Shown here: positions 1-8,599 of the stretch, in pieces
Numbering within the stretch: position 1 is the stretch's first letter
Layout: every line of letters starts with the position of its first letter
NCBI GenBank assembly: GCA_900234795.1
Contig: LT962688.1
Location: 810,001-842,000 of the forward strand
DNA length: 32,000 nt
Source: Methylorubrum extorquens
GTDB taxonomy: Bacteria > Pseudomonadota > Alphaproteobacteria > Rhizobiales > Beijerinckiaceae
Reading direction: 5' to 3'
The notes under the pieces: model-generated
Seen by the model: the letters and a program-made list of their open reading frames with translations, nothing else
What the model was told of the DNA's origin: nothing
The model's database searches: none
Translations under genes and position numbers: made by a program

Positions 1-1752
1 GTCGAACAGGCCGTCGAGCGTGTCGAGGGAGGGATCGTCGGTCTCGTCCGCGTCGCTCTCTTCGGCCCCGCCCATCATCCGCTCGCAGGCCTCGCGGTGC
101 CCGGCGGCGAGCGCCACGAGGTTGCCGATCTCGGGCTGCAGGTCGGTGCGGAACGCATCGAGGGCGATCTCCAGCCGGTCCAGGATGTCTTCGGCGAGAT
201 CCCAATCGACCGGCTTCAGCCGCTTCTTGGCGCGCGGCACCCGCTCGGTGGCGTTGCGTTGCAGCGCCACCGCCGCCCGCATCCCGTCGAAGCTGTTCTT
301 CGGGATCGGGGCGGGGCCGCGCAGGCCGCCGATCTCGAGTGCCGCGGCCGCGCGCACGACCTCGCTGCGGGTGAGCCCCAGCCGCACGAAAGGGTGGGCG
401 AGAAGCGCGATGACGCGGGCCGGCGCCACCTCGGCGGCGAGTTCGGCGACGAGCCGGGCGAAGCGCCCGGCCTGCGAGCGCGCCAGGCTCAAGCCCGCCG
501 AATCCTCGGCCGCGATGCCCCAGCGGGCGAGTTCGGCCGAGACGCGCAGGGCCAGCCCGCGGTCGGGCGTGACGAGGGCCGCGGTGGCGCCGGGCGTCTC
601 CAGCGTCTCGCGCAGGGCGAGCGCGGCGACCAGCGCCTCCTCGCGCTCGTCCGCCGCCTCGACCACGGCAAGGCCCGCCATGCCCTCCCGTGCGAGGGTC
701 ATCCGCTCGGCCGCGTCGAGGCCGGCCCAGGCATCGGTGGTCTCGGCCGGGCGCAGGGCCTGCGACAGCAGCTTTTCCCGCGCCACCGCGTCGGGCGAGA
801 GATCTCCGAGCGTCTCGACATCCCTGCGCTCGACGGCAAAACCCCTCGGTCCGGTCAGCGCCCGAAGGATCGCCTGCGGATGGCCGTGGGCGATCTCGTC
901 GTGCTTGCCGCCGGCGCCGTCGATCGCCTCCCAGCCCTCCGCATCGAGGTGCAGGTCGAGCCCCGGCAGCACCACCGCGCCGCGGGGCAGGCGGGCCACC
1001 GCCGCGATCAGCCGGGCGGTGGCCGGCACCGAGCCGGTGGAGCCGGCCACGATCACCGGATCGCCCGGCCGCTCGCGGAACAGCCGGTCGGCCTCAGCGA
1101 GCACGAGGCGGCGGGCGCGGGCGGTGGGGTCGGCGAGCGAGCGGGCGGCGAGGATGTCGGGCCAGTGCTCGGCGGCGATCTTCAGGAAGTCGAGGGTGAG
1201 GCGGAAATAGCGCGAATGCTCGGCCTCCACCGCCGCGGCGATCTCGCTCCAGGGCAGGCCCTCGACGGTGAGCGCGTCCATCAGCCCTTCGAGGTCGGCG
1301 GCGAGCGCCACCGCGTCGGCAGGGGAGGACGGAACGAGGAAGGGCACCTCGTCGTCGATGGGCAGGAGTTCGCGGTCCACCGTCTCCGCCCATTTCTGGA
1401 CGAGCCGGGCCAGGATCAGCCGGCGCTCCAGCGCGGGGATCGAGGGGTAGAGCAGGTCTTCCGGCGTCTCCAGCAGCGTGTTGGACGAGAGGTCGAGCTC
1501 CGCCTCGTCGGCTTCACCCAGCGGGATCATCCGCGGCAGCAGGGCCGCTCCGCCGAGGCGTTGCGCCAGCACGGTCGAGAGTGCGCGCACCGCGCGCTGC
1601 GTCGGCAGGTAGAGCGTCACCGAGGCGAGCGCGAAGGGATCGCCGCCGACCGCGCCGACGAGGCGGCCCGACACGAGCGCGTCCGCCAGCGTCGGCAGGA
1701 ACGGCGCACCGGGGGGAATGGTGAAGACGCGGGGGGCGGCGCTGGCGGACAT
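1..1752 (-). CDS. addB: Double-strand break repair protein AddB, N-terminal 584 codons. The 3' end lies beyond the window edge.
   Basis: My own translation of the minus strand from the ATG at 1752-1750 gives MSASAAPRVFTIPPGAPFLPTLADALVSGRLVGAVGGDPFALASVTLYLPTQRAVRAL...LPRMIPLGEADEAEL. The frame stays open to position 1. It is absent from the ORF track because it is truncated. The N-terminus matches my memory of alphaproteobacterial AddB (xVFxIPxxxPFLxTLxxALxxGRL...LYLPTQRA). The plus-strand ORFs 20..1210 and 97..1788 are Ser/Arg/Gly-rich shadows. Confidence 0.8.
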   Translation of the reverse strand, partial: MSASAAPRVFTIPPGAPFLPTLADALVSGRLVGAVGGDPFALASVTLYLPTQRAVRALSTVLAQRLGGAALLPRMIPLGEADEAELDLSSNTLLETPEDLLYPSIPALERRLILARLVQKWAETVDRELLPIDDEVPFLVPSSPADAVALAADLEGLMDALTVEGLPWSEIAAAVEAEHSRYFRLTLDFLKIAAEHWPDILAARSLADPTARARRLVLAEADRLFRERPGDPVIVAGSTGSVPATARLIAAVARLPRGAVVLPGLDLHLDAEGWEAIDGAGGKHDEIAHGHPQAILRALTGPRGFAVERRDVETLGDLSPDAVAREKLLSQALRPAETTDAWAGLDAAERMTLAREGMAGLAVVEAADEREEALVAALALRETLETPGATAALVTPDRGLALRVSAELARWGIAAEDSAGLSLARSQAGRFARLVAELAAEVAPARVIALLAHPFVRLGLTRSEVVRAAAALEIGGLRGPAPIPKNSFDGMRAAVALQRNATERVPRAKKRLKPVDWDLAEDILDRLEIALDAFRTDLQPEIGNLVALAAGHREACERMMGGAEESDADETDDPSLDTLDGLFD

Positions 1753-1861
1753 GCTCGACGGTTTGAACCTGACGCTCTGCGGTCGTGACCGACCACCTGA
1801 GGGCAAGATGGTGAAGGCTTTCGAAAAGAGGCAGGGGCCGGTCCCGGCTGCTCCGCCCACC

Positions 1862-1876
1862 GTTCGATCTTTGTTC
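1862..1876. promoter_or_regulatory. Candidate alphaproteobacterial LexA (SOS) box, GTTC-N7-GTTC.
   Basis: Sequence is cGTTCgatctttGTTCtagc, in the divergent addB/cls intergenic region about 110 nt upstream of the addB start. Only the 4+4 nt core motif matches. Confidence 0.3.
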
Positions 1877-1893
1877 TAGCATGCAACAGCGAT

Positions 1894-3414
1894 TTGTGGA
1901 GGGCTGCCTGTTCGTCACACCAGGCTTGGCTTATCTCCTGCGCCGTTCCCGGACAGGGCAGCGCAGCAGGCGGACCGGTGGAAGAAGTCCTCACTCGATG
2001 GCTCGGCACGACGGCCTCGCTCCGCACCGAGATCGTCGCGGCCATCGGCCTGGTGCTCACATTCGGCGTCAGCGTCCACGTGCTGCTGCGCAAGCGGGTG
2101 GTGGGCGCGGCGATCGGCTGGATCGGGCTGGCGTGGCTGGCGCCGGTCTTCGGCACGCTGCTCTACCTCACCTTCGGCATCAACCGGGTGGAGCGGCGCG
2201 CCCGCCGGCTGAAGCGGCGCCCCTCGCAGACCATCGACGAGACGCCGCAGCCCTCCGCCCACGTGCCCAAGGCCTACCACGCCCTCGACTTGGCGGTGCA
2301 GGCCGTCACCGGCCTGCCGACGGTGGCGGGCAACCGGTTCGAGCTCTTGCGCAACGGCGACGAGGCCTATCCGGCGATGCTGGCGGCGATCGGCGAGGCC
2401 CGCCGCAGCGTCGCCCTGTCGAGCTACATCTTTCGCGACGACGACACCGGCCGGGCGTTCTGCGCGGCGTTGAAGGCGGCGCAGGATCGCGGCGCCGAGG
2501 TGCGCGTGATCCTCGACGGCATCGGCAGCGGCTATTTCTTCCCGGCCGCGTGGCGGCATCTGCGCCGGCTCGGGGTGCCGGCCGGCCTGTTCATGCACTC
2601 CGTCCTGCCCTGGCGGATGCCGTTCCTGAACCTGCGCACGCACAAGAAGCTGCTGATCGTCGATGGAAGGGTCGCCTTCACCGGCGGGGTCAATATCGCC
2701 GACGGCAACCGAGTCTCGGAGAAGCCGGACTTTCCGATCCGCGACACGCATTTCCGGATCGAGGGCCCGGTGGTCGAGCACCTGACCCAGGCCTTCATCG
2801 CCGATTGGCTGTTCGTCAGCGACGAGGAGCTGGAGGGCGAGGCGTGGCTGCCGCGGCTGGCGCCGGTTGGCACGGTCACCGCCCGCGTCGTCACCTCCGG
2901 CCCGGACGCCGACATCGAGAAGATCGCGACCGTGGTGCTCCAGGCGATCGCCTGCGCGAAGGAGTCGATCCGGCTGACGACCCCCTATTTCCTGCCCAAC
3001 GAACTCGTGCTGAACGCGCTGAGCCTCGCGGCGGCGCGGGGGATCGCGGTCGATATCGCCATCCCGCGCAAGAGCGACCACCGCTTCGTCGATTGGGCGA
3101 CCCACGGCCATATCGATCCGCTCCTGAAGAGCGGCGTGCGGGTCTGGATCGACGAGCCACCCTTCGATCACTCGAAGGCGATGACCGTCGATGGGCAATG
3201 GTGCTTCATCGGCAGCGCCAACTGGGATTCGCGCAGCTTCCGCCTGAACTTCGAGCTCAACGTGGAGGTCTACGACGTGGCGCTGGCCCGGGCGCTCGAA
3301 GCCTTCATTGCGACGAAGTTTCAGACCCCTTTGCGCCTGGCCGACCTCGACGCCCGCTCGCTCCCCGTACGCCTGCGCGACGCAGCCGTCCGACTGCTTC
3401 TGCCATACCTCTGA
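1894..3414 (+). CDS. cls: Cardiolipin synthase (phospholipase D superfamily, ClsA-like with two N-terminal TM helices).
   Basis: Two HKD motifs are present: HKKLLIVDG and HSKAMTVDGQWCFIGSANWDSRSF. The N-terminal hydrophobic segments are IVAAIGLVLTFGVSVHVLL and AAIGWIGLAWLAPVFGTLLYLTFG. The track start at 1894 is TTG; the true start may be the GTG at 1978 (VEEVLTRW...). Confidence 0.85.
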   Translation: MWRAACSSHQAWLISCAVPGQGSAAGGPVEEVLTRWLGTTASLRTEIVAAIGLVLTFGVSVHVLLRKRVVGAAIGWIGLAWLAPVFGTLLYLTFGINRVERRARRLKRRPSQTIDETPQPSAHVPKAYHALDLAVQAVTGLPTVAGNRFELLRNGDEAYPAMLAAIGEARRSVALSSYIFRDDDTGRAFCAALKAAQDRGAEVRVILDGIGSGYFFPAAWRHLRRLGVPAGLFMHSVLPWRMPFLNLRTHKKLLIVDGRVAFTGGVNIADGNRVSEKPDFPIRDTHFRIEGPVVEHLTQAFIADWLFVSDEELEGEAWLPRLAPVGTVTARVVTSGPDADIEKIATVVLQAIACAKESIRLTTPYFLPNELVLNALSLAAARGIAVDIAIPRKSDHRFVDWATHGHIDPLLKSGVRVWIDEPPFDHSKAMTVDGQWCFIGSANWDSRSFRLNFELNVEVYDVALARALEAFIATKFQTPLRLADLDARSLPVRLRDAAVRLLLPYL

Positions 3415-4084
3415 GCCGACCGACCGAGGGGACACCCTCCGGCGCGGGCGAGAGGTGCACCACGATCGGGTGATGGTCGGAGAGCCCGCGGGGCAGGACC
3501 ATGCGCTCATGGCAGACGAGCCCGCGCACGAGGCAGCGGTCGAGCCGCAGCGGCAGTACATCGACCATGGCATGGGTCGGCCGCCGGGGGCCGACATCGC
3601 GAAACCCCGGCAGCAGGGCCGGGCCGACGATGTTGTAGTCGCCGAGCACCGCCGCGCGCGGCGGCAGGTGGCTCTCGATCCGCCGCAACTGGCGCCGGTT
3701 CAGCACCTGCCCATGCGAGAGATGCACGTTGGCGACGCCGAACTCACCGGTATCGAGCACTTGGCAGACCCGGTCGATCAGCACCCCCGGCGGCAGGGTG
3801 ACGATCTCAGGCGGGTTGGGCCACGGCGTCGGGCTCCACATCGCCGGACCGTGGATGCGGCCGGGCAATTGCGCCCAGGCATAGACCCCGCCGACGCGCT
3901 TGGTCAGCGCTGCGATCTCCTTCGTCGCCTCCTGCATCAGCAGGAAGTCCGGCCGCTCCTGCTCGATCAAAGCCACGAGGCAATCCACCGCCGCGCCGGT
4001 GCGGCGCAGCAGGTTCCAGCTCACGATTTTTTTCGTGTTCGGAGCCGGCTCGGCGGTGATCGGAGGGGGACGTCTGAGGAGCAT
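3305..4084 (-). CDS. Endonuclease/exonuclease/phosphatase (EEP) family hydrolase.
   Basis: Starts at ATG 4084. Contains KIVSWNLL near the N-terminus, LMQEA, and GDYN...SDHHPIVVHL near the end of the domain. The last ~47 codons (Arg/Gly-rich) run antisense into the 3' end of cls. Confidence 0.8.
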   Translation of the reverse strand: MLLRRPPPITAEPAPNTKKIVSWNLLRRTGAAVDCLVALIEQERPDFLLMQEATKEIAALTKRVGGVYAWAQLPGRIHGPAMWSPTPWPNPPEIVTLPPGVLIDRVCQVLDTGEFGVANVHLSHGQVLNRRQLRRIESHLPPRAAVLGDYNIVGPALLPGFRDVGPRRPTHAMVDVLPLRLDRCLVRGLVCHERMVLPRGLSDHHPIVVHLSPAPEGVPSVGRLRGMAEAVGRLRRAGVRGASGRRGRPGAKGSETSSQ

Positions 4085-4190
4085 GGCAGTCCGTTTGCCT
4101 GGGTCACGTGACGGCTTCAGGGCGGCGGGGAGGCAATGCGCGGAGCGCGGTTCGGTTCGCGCCTCACGGCGCCTTGCCGAGGTCCTTCCA

Positions 4191-4997
4191 CTAATTCTGC
4201 CCGTGATTCTTGCGGTCGAGGAAAGCCTCGATCCCTTCCTCCGCCGCCCGCGCCAGCATGTTCTCCGTCATCACCCGACCGGCATGGGCGTAGGCTTGCG
4301 TCAGCGGCATTTCCATTTGCTCGTAGAAGGCCCGCTTGCCGACCCGCACCGTGTCGGGATTGCGCGCGGCGATCCCTGCCGCGAGCGCCTGCGCGGCCGC
4401 CAGAGCGCCGCCCGCCTCCACCACGTCGTTGACAAGACCGAGGCGCCGGGCCTCCGCCGCATCCGCCATGTCGGCGGTCAGCAACATCCGCATCGCCGCC
4501 TTGCGCGAGAGGTTGCGCGAGAGCGCTACCATCGGCGTCGAGCAGAACAGGCCGATCTGCACGCCCGGCGTGGCGAAGCGCGCTTGCGCCCCCGCCACGG
4601 CCAGATCGCAGGAGGCGACGAGCTGGCAACCGGCCGCGGTCGCGACGCCCTCCACCGCCGCGGTCACCGGCTGGGGTAGGGCAGGAATCGCCATCATCAC
4701 GTCTGAGCACAGCGCGAACAGCGTTTCGAACCGTTTCGCGCCGCGGTCGGGGTCGCTGCGGTAGCCGGTCATCTCCTTGAGGTCGTGGCCGGCGCAGAAG
4801 GCGGGGCCCGCTGCCGCCAACACCACGGCCCGCACCGTGTCGTCCCCCGCAAGGTCGGCGAAGGTCGCGCGCAGCGCTTCGAGCAGGGCAAAGGAAAGCG
4901 CGTTGCGGGCGCCCGGCCGGTTGAGTGTCAGGGTGGCGACGCCGTCGCGGTCCTCGCGCAGCAGGAGAGGGTTCGTGCCGGCTTCGCCCATGAGCAT
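4191..4997 (-). CDS. Enoyl-CoA hydratase/isomerase (crotonase) family protein.
   Basis: Contains LTLNRPGARNALSFALLEAL...VVLAAAGPAFCAGHDLKEM...ATAAGCQLVASCDLAVA. I chose the ATG at 4997 (MLMGEAGTNPLLL). The track ORF extends to 5162 through the repeat element, which is unlikely to be coding. Confidence 0.85.
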   Translation of the reverse strand: MLMGEAGTNPLLLREDRDGVATLTLNRPGARNALSFALLEALRATFADLAGDDTVRAVVLAAAGPAFCAGHDLKEMTGYRSDPDRGAKRFETLFALCSDVMMAIPALPQPVTAAVEGVATAAGCQLVASCDLAVAGAQARFATPGVQIGLFCSTPMVALSRNLSRKAAMRMLLTADMADAAEARRLGLVNDVVEAGGALAAAQALAAGIAARNPDTVRVGKRAFYEQMEMPLTQAYAHAGRVMTENMLARAAEEGIEAFLDRKNHGQN

Positions 4998-5075
4998 CCT
5001 CGTCGCGCCGATGTCGTTCACGGCCGATGTGGTCCACCTTGTTTTCGCGCGCCATGACAAGCGCGGCAATGCCGC

Positions 5076-5184
5076 CCCCGAGAGCCGTATCCGACCCCAT
5101 TGCATCAGGCCGGCGTCTCTCGGTCCTTGTGACGCGCATTCTTCCGACGAAACGGTTCCCACTTCGTCGGAATGCGCTCTAGCC
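5076..5184 (-). repeat. Dispersed intergenic repeat, copy A (reverse orientation relative to copies B and C).
   Basis: The reverse complement reads gctagagcgcattccgacgaagtgggaaccgtttcgtcggaagaatgcgcgtcacaaggaccgagagacgccggcctgatgcaatggggtcggatacggctct. It aligns along its length with 13235-13350 and 23961-24064. Confidence 0.8.
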
Positions 5185-5248
5185 CGCTCTTGTGCGGTGC
5201 CATACCGTGCGCCGCACCAAAGACCTGCCAGCCTGGAGACCGCCCCCG

Positions 5249-5860
5249 GTGACCGACGAGACCACCCGCCCCACCACCCGCGAGCCCGACCACGCCATCG
5301 AGCCGATCTTCGCCGAGCGCTGGTCGCCGCGCGTCTTCACCGGGGAGGCGGTGCCGGAGACCGAGTTGCTGCGGATGTTCGAGGCGGCACGCTGGTCGCC
5401 CTCATCCTACAATTCGCAGCCCTGGCGCTTCCTCTACGCGCTGCGCGGCACCCCCGAATGGCAGACGTTCTTCGACCTCCTCGTGCCCGGCAACCAGAAA
5501 TGGGCCGAGGGCACCGGCGCCCTCGTCTTCCTCGTCTCCAGCGAGCGGATGAAGGTCGGCGACGAGCTCAAGTCGTCCGCCAGCCACTCGCTCGATGCGG
5601 GCGCCGCCTCGCTCGCCTTCGCGCTCCAGGCCAACCGTCAAGGCTGGCACGTCCACGGCATGGGCGGCTTCGACCGGGAGCGGGCGCCCGCCGTGCTGAA
5701 CGTCCCCGAGCATCACCGGGTCGAGGCGGCCTACGGGATCGGACGCGCCACGCCCTGGGCGGAGCTGAGCGAGGAGCAGAGGGCCAAGGAGCGCCCGAAC
5801 GGCCGCCGCCCGATCACCGATTTCGCCTTCCGCGGCGGCTTCCCGCAGCGCCAGGACTAA
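5249..5860 (+). CDS. Nitroreductase family protein.
   Basis: Contains HAIEPIFAERWSPRVFTGEAVPETELLRMFEAARWSPSSYNSQPWRFLYA. The GTG at 5249 is preceded by GGAGA at 5235-5239. The track ORF starts at the GTG at 5192, directly abutting repeat A. Confidence 0.8.
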   Translation: MTDETTRPTTREPDHAIEPIFAERWSPRVFTGEAVPETELLRMFEAARWSPSSYNSQPWRFLYALRGTPEWQTFFDLLVPGNQKWAEGTGALVFLVSSERMKVGDELKSSASHSLDAGAASLAFALQANRQGWHVHGMGGFDRERAPAVLNVPEHHRVEAAYGIGRATPWAELSEEQRAKERPNGRRPITDFAFRGGFPQRQD

Positions 5861-5935
5861 GCGCGCGACCGCGTGCAGAACGCGGATTGTCCCGGCTTGC
5901 ACGGGGATGGATGAGAGACACCCGGACGCGCTCGG

Positions 5936-7624
5936 ATGCAGCGCGCCCGGGAGGAAGAGGCGGCACCGGCCGAGCGCCGCCGCAAGTTCGAGGAAGTTGC
6001 CGTGCCGGAGCGGGCCGATCGCTACGCGTCGCTCGTCAGGGATTTCCGCTGGGAGATCCCGGAGCGCTACAACATCGCGGCCGATGTCTGCGACCGCTGG
6101 GCGTTGAGCGAGCCCGACCGCACCGCGCTCCTCGTGCTCGGCCCCGACGACCGGCCCGAGCCGGTGAGCTACGGCCGCCTGCGCTCCGATTCGCTGCGGC
6201 TGGCGGCGGCGCTGGCCGCGCGCGGCGTCGGGCCGGGCGACCGGGTGGCGGTGCTGCTGCCGCAATCGGTGGCGGTGGTGGTGACCCATTTCGCCGCCTA
6301 CCGGCTCGGGGCGATCGCACTCCCGCTTGCCGGCCTGTTCGGTGAGGCGGCCCTGCGCCATCGCCTCGCCGATTCCGGCGCCTGCGCCGTCGTCACCGAC
6401 GCGCCCGGGCTGGCCAAGCTGAAGCGGCTGCGCGCCGACCTGCCGGATCTCGCCACGATTCTCTCGGTCGACGGGGCAGGGGAGGCCGTGGAGGATTTCT
6501 TCGCGGCTCTGGAGAGCGCCCCGGACGGGTTCGCAACGCGGGCGACCGGGCCGGACGATCCGGCCCTGATGATCTACACCTCCGGCACGACCGGCCTCGC
6601 CAAGGGGGCGTTGCACGGCCACCGGGTCCTGCTCGGCCACCTGCCGGGCTGGAGCGTGATGCACGGCTTCCCGCCCGAGGGAACCGGGCTGATGTGGACG
6701 CCCTCCGACTGGGCCTGGGCCGGGGGCCTGCTCAACGTGCTGATGCCGTCCCTCCGCCTCGGCATGCCGGTGGTCGCGAAGGCCTCGGGCCGGTTCGAGC
6801 CGGAGGCGGCGTTCCGGCTGATGGCGGATCTCGGCGTCACCCACGCCTTCCTGCCGCCGACGGCTTTGCGCATGCTGCGCGGAGTGGCCGATCCGCGCCA
6901 AAGATTCGACCTCTCAGCCCTGCGCAACATCGCCTCCGCCGGCGAGGCGCTCGGGGCCGAGACCTTCGCATGGGCGCGTGACGCCCTCGGCCTCACCATC
7001 GGCGAGGCCTATGGCCAGACCGAGTGCAACCTCGTTCTCGCCTCCAGCGCCCGGATCGGCGTGGCGCGGGCCGGCGCGACCGGCAAGCCGGTGCCCGGCC
7101 ACCGCGTCGCGGTCCTGCGCGAGGACGGGACCGAGGCGGATGCGGACGAGACCGGCGAGATCGCCGTGCGCGCCCCCGATCCAGTGCTGTTCCTCGGCTA
7201 CTGGCGCCAGCCCGAGGCGACCGCAAAGAAATTTCGCGACGGCTGGTGGATGACCGGCGACCAGGCGCGGCGGGACGCCGACGGCTATATCCGCTTCGTC
7301 GGCCGCGAGGACGATCTCATCACCTCCGCCGCCTACCGAATCGGCCCGGCCGAGATCGAGGCCTGCCTCTGCGCCCATCCGGCGGTGGCCCTCGCCGCCG
7401 CGGTCGGCGTGCCCGATCCGCTGCGCACCGAGACCGTGAAGGCCTTCGTCACCCTGCGCGCGGGCTTCTCGCCCTCCGACGCGCTGGCCACCGAAATCCT
7501 CGCTTTCGCCAAGGCGCGGCTGTCCGCCCACGAGGTGCCGCGCGCGCTCGCGTTTCGCGACACCCTGCCGATGACGACGAGCGGCAAGATCATCCGGCGG
7601 CAGTTGCGGGACGAGCCGGCCTAA
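5936..7624 (+). CDS. AMP-dependent acyl-CoA synthetase/ligase.
   Basis: Shows the AMP-binding signature MIYTSGTTGLAKGALHGH, plus YGQTE, WWMTGD and a C-terminal SGKIIRRQLR. The start is ATG. Confidence 0.85.
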   Translation: MQRAREEEAAPAERRRKFEEVAVPERADRYASLVRDFRWEIPERYNIAADVCDRWALSEPDRTALLVLGPDDRPEPVSYGRLRSDSLRLAAALAARGVGPGDRVAVLLPQSVAVVVTHFAAYRLGAIALPLAGLFGEAALRHRLADSGACAVVTDAPGLAKLKRLRADLPDLATILSVDGAGEAVEDFFAALESAPDGFATRATGPDDPALMIYTSGTTGLAKGALHGHRVLLGHLPGWSVMHGFPPEGTGLMWTPSDWAWAGGLLNVLMPSLRLGMPVVAKASGRFEPEAAFRLMADLGVTHAFLPPTALRMLRGVADPRQRFDLSALRNIASAGEALGAETFAWARDALGLTIGEAYGQTECNLVLASSARIGVARAGATGKPVPGHRVAVLREDGTEADADETGEIAVRAPDPVLFLGYWRQPEATAKKFRDGWWMTGDQARRDADGYIRFVGREDDLITSAAYRIGPAEIEACLCAHPAVALAAAVGVPDPLRTETVKAFVTLRAGFSPSDALATEILAFAKARLSAHEVPRALAFRDTLPMTTSGKIIRRQLRDEPA

Positions 7625-7805
7625 ATTCGAGCTCGGTCAACTTGAAGCATACTAAGACATACCGGGATGCACCTTAGAGCTTTGGCCGTCTTAGGCAGGA
7701 TTATCAATCAATCTTCAACCGGTAGTTTACGAAATTGCCCTACGGCTTATATAGGTAGCAATTTAGCACGCCGCCAACGAACTCAGGCAGGGACGCGCGA
7801 GCCTC

Positions 7806-8066
7806 ATGATTAATTGCAGACGAAAAATACTACTCAGTTTTACCGCGGATTTGAGTGCTATTATTGCTATATTTTTATTTGTATTAAGTAGATTTATCCC
7901 GGACGCATATTCTATTGCATCAAGCATAGCACTTCTTTTAATTCTTTTTAGCATCAGGTCGAAAGAAAAAGCCGATAAAATTGGCGCCACAGAAGGCACT
8001 TCGCCGTCCAAAATCAGCAAATTTCGTAATGTGCTGAAAAAATACAATGCCCACGAATTTCTGTAA
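7806..8066 (+). CDS. Hypothetical small membrane protein (86 aa, two predicted TM helices, Lys-rich C-terminal tail).
   Basis: ATG-initiated ORF that stays stop-free through very AT-rich DNA. The hydrophobic segments are LSAIIAIFLFVL and SIASSIALLLILFSI, followed by RSKEKADKIG...KISKFRNVLKKYNAHEFL. No convincing SD is present. An antisense ORF (7763..8047, TTG start) is also open, so strand choice rests on the protein features. Confidence 0.35.
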   Translation: MINCRRKILLSFTADLSAIIAIFLFVLSRFIPDAYSIASSIALLLILFSIRSKEKADKIGATEGTSPSKISKFRNVLKKYNAHEFL

Positions 8067-8581
8067 TTTTGCTAATCGTAGCATTACCCGTATTTGACAC
8101 AGTTCGCCGCGTAATCGCTCTTGAGATCGACGCTTTTGACAAATTCGCTATTATCACAATGACCATTCTTTTAGTTTCGTATATTATAAAAATATGTATT
8201 AGTATAGATGAATTATTAAGAAATTAAAAGGCAAATCCTCGATATGAAACTTAAAGTGCGACAAAATTGCTTTTTTTACGAATCAAATATGCAGACAATC
8301 CAGCAAAATCATATCGCGAGAGCGCAACTGATCGACATCTAATTGTCTTTGAACGGCTCTTTCGGTCTGCCACGGCTCGAATGAAGGCACTCAGGCAATC
8401 TGGCAGCACACTAAATATCGCGAGCGCGCGGGCATTTTCCCCGCCGGAATCAACCCTGTCCCAACGAGGAAGCTCCGGCTGGCGACAGACTTTCATGCCC
8501 GATCCAGCTCGACGCGACCGGTTTCAGCGCGAGCGCCGCAACGGCCGCGCTGGCACCCGCGCTCCACCCTGGAATTAAACG

Positions 8582-8599
8582 CATAAAGACATCTTTATG
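8582..8599. promoter_or_regulatory. 18-nt palindrome CATAAAGA-ca-TCTTTATG, about 120 nt upstream of ahcY (possible operator).
   Basis: Perfect 8+8 inverted repeat read directly from the sequence. It overlaps a second inverted repeat, AAGACAT-cttt-ATGTCTT. It is an AT-rich patch embedded in GC-rich leader DNA. Confidence 0.25.

Noticed and set aside
20-1788. Long plus-strand ORFs 20..1210 (396 aa) and 97..1788 (563 aa).
   Set aside because: Their translations are Ser/Arg/Ala- or Arg/Gly/Glu-rich low-complexity sequences, typical of off-frame or antisense reading of a high-GC gene. The minus strand encodes a recognisable AddB N-terminus that runs off the window edge.
4102-4111. 10-bp perfect palindrome GTCACGTGAC, about 20 nt upstream of the EEP gene start.
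   Set aside because: Perfect 10-mers of this kind are expected many times by chance in 32 kb. There is no second copy or supporting context.
4117-5139. ORFs 4117..5139(-) and 23862..24209(+) share the peptide DAMGSDTAL, which suggests a paralogous protein.
   Set aside because: The shared peptide arises from translating the dispersed DNA repeat (copies A and C). The remainder of both ORFs is shadow-frame sequence overlapping real genes or intergenic DNA.
8311-8429. Direct repeat ATATCGCGAG at 8311-8320 and 8415-8424 (with a related cgcgagcgc at about 8528) inside the AT-rich island.
   Set aside because: A single 10-nt match within about 1 kb is close to chance expectation. The spacing is irregular and I see no associated ORF or structure.
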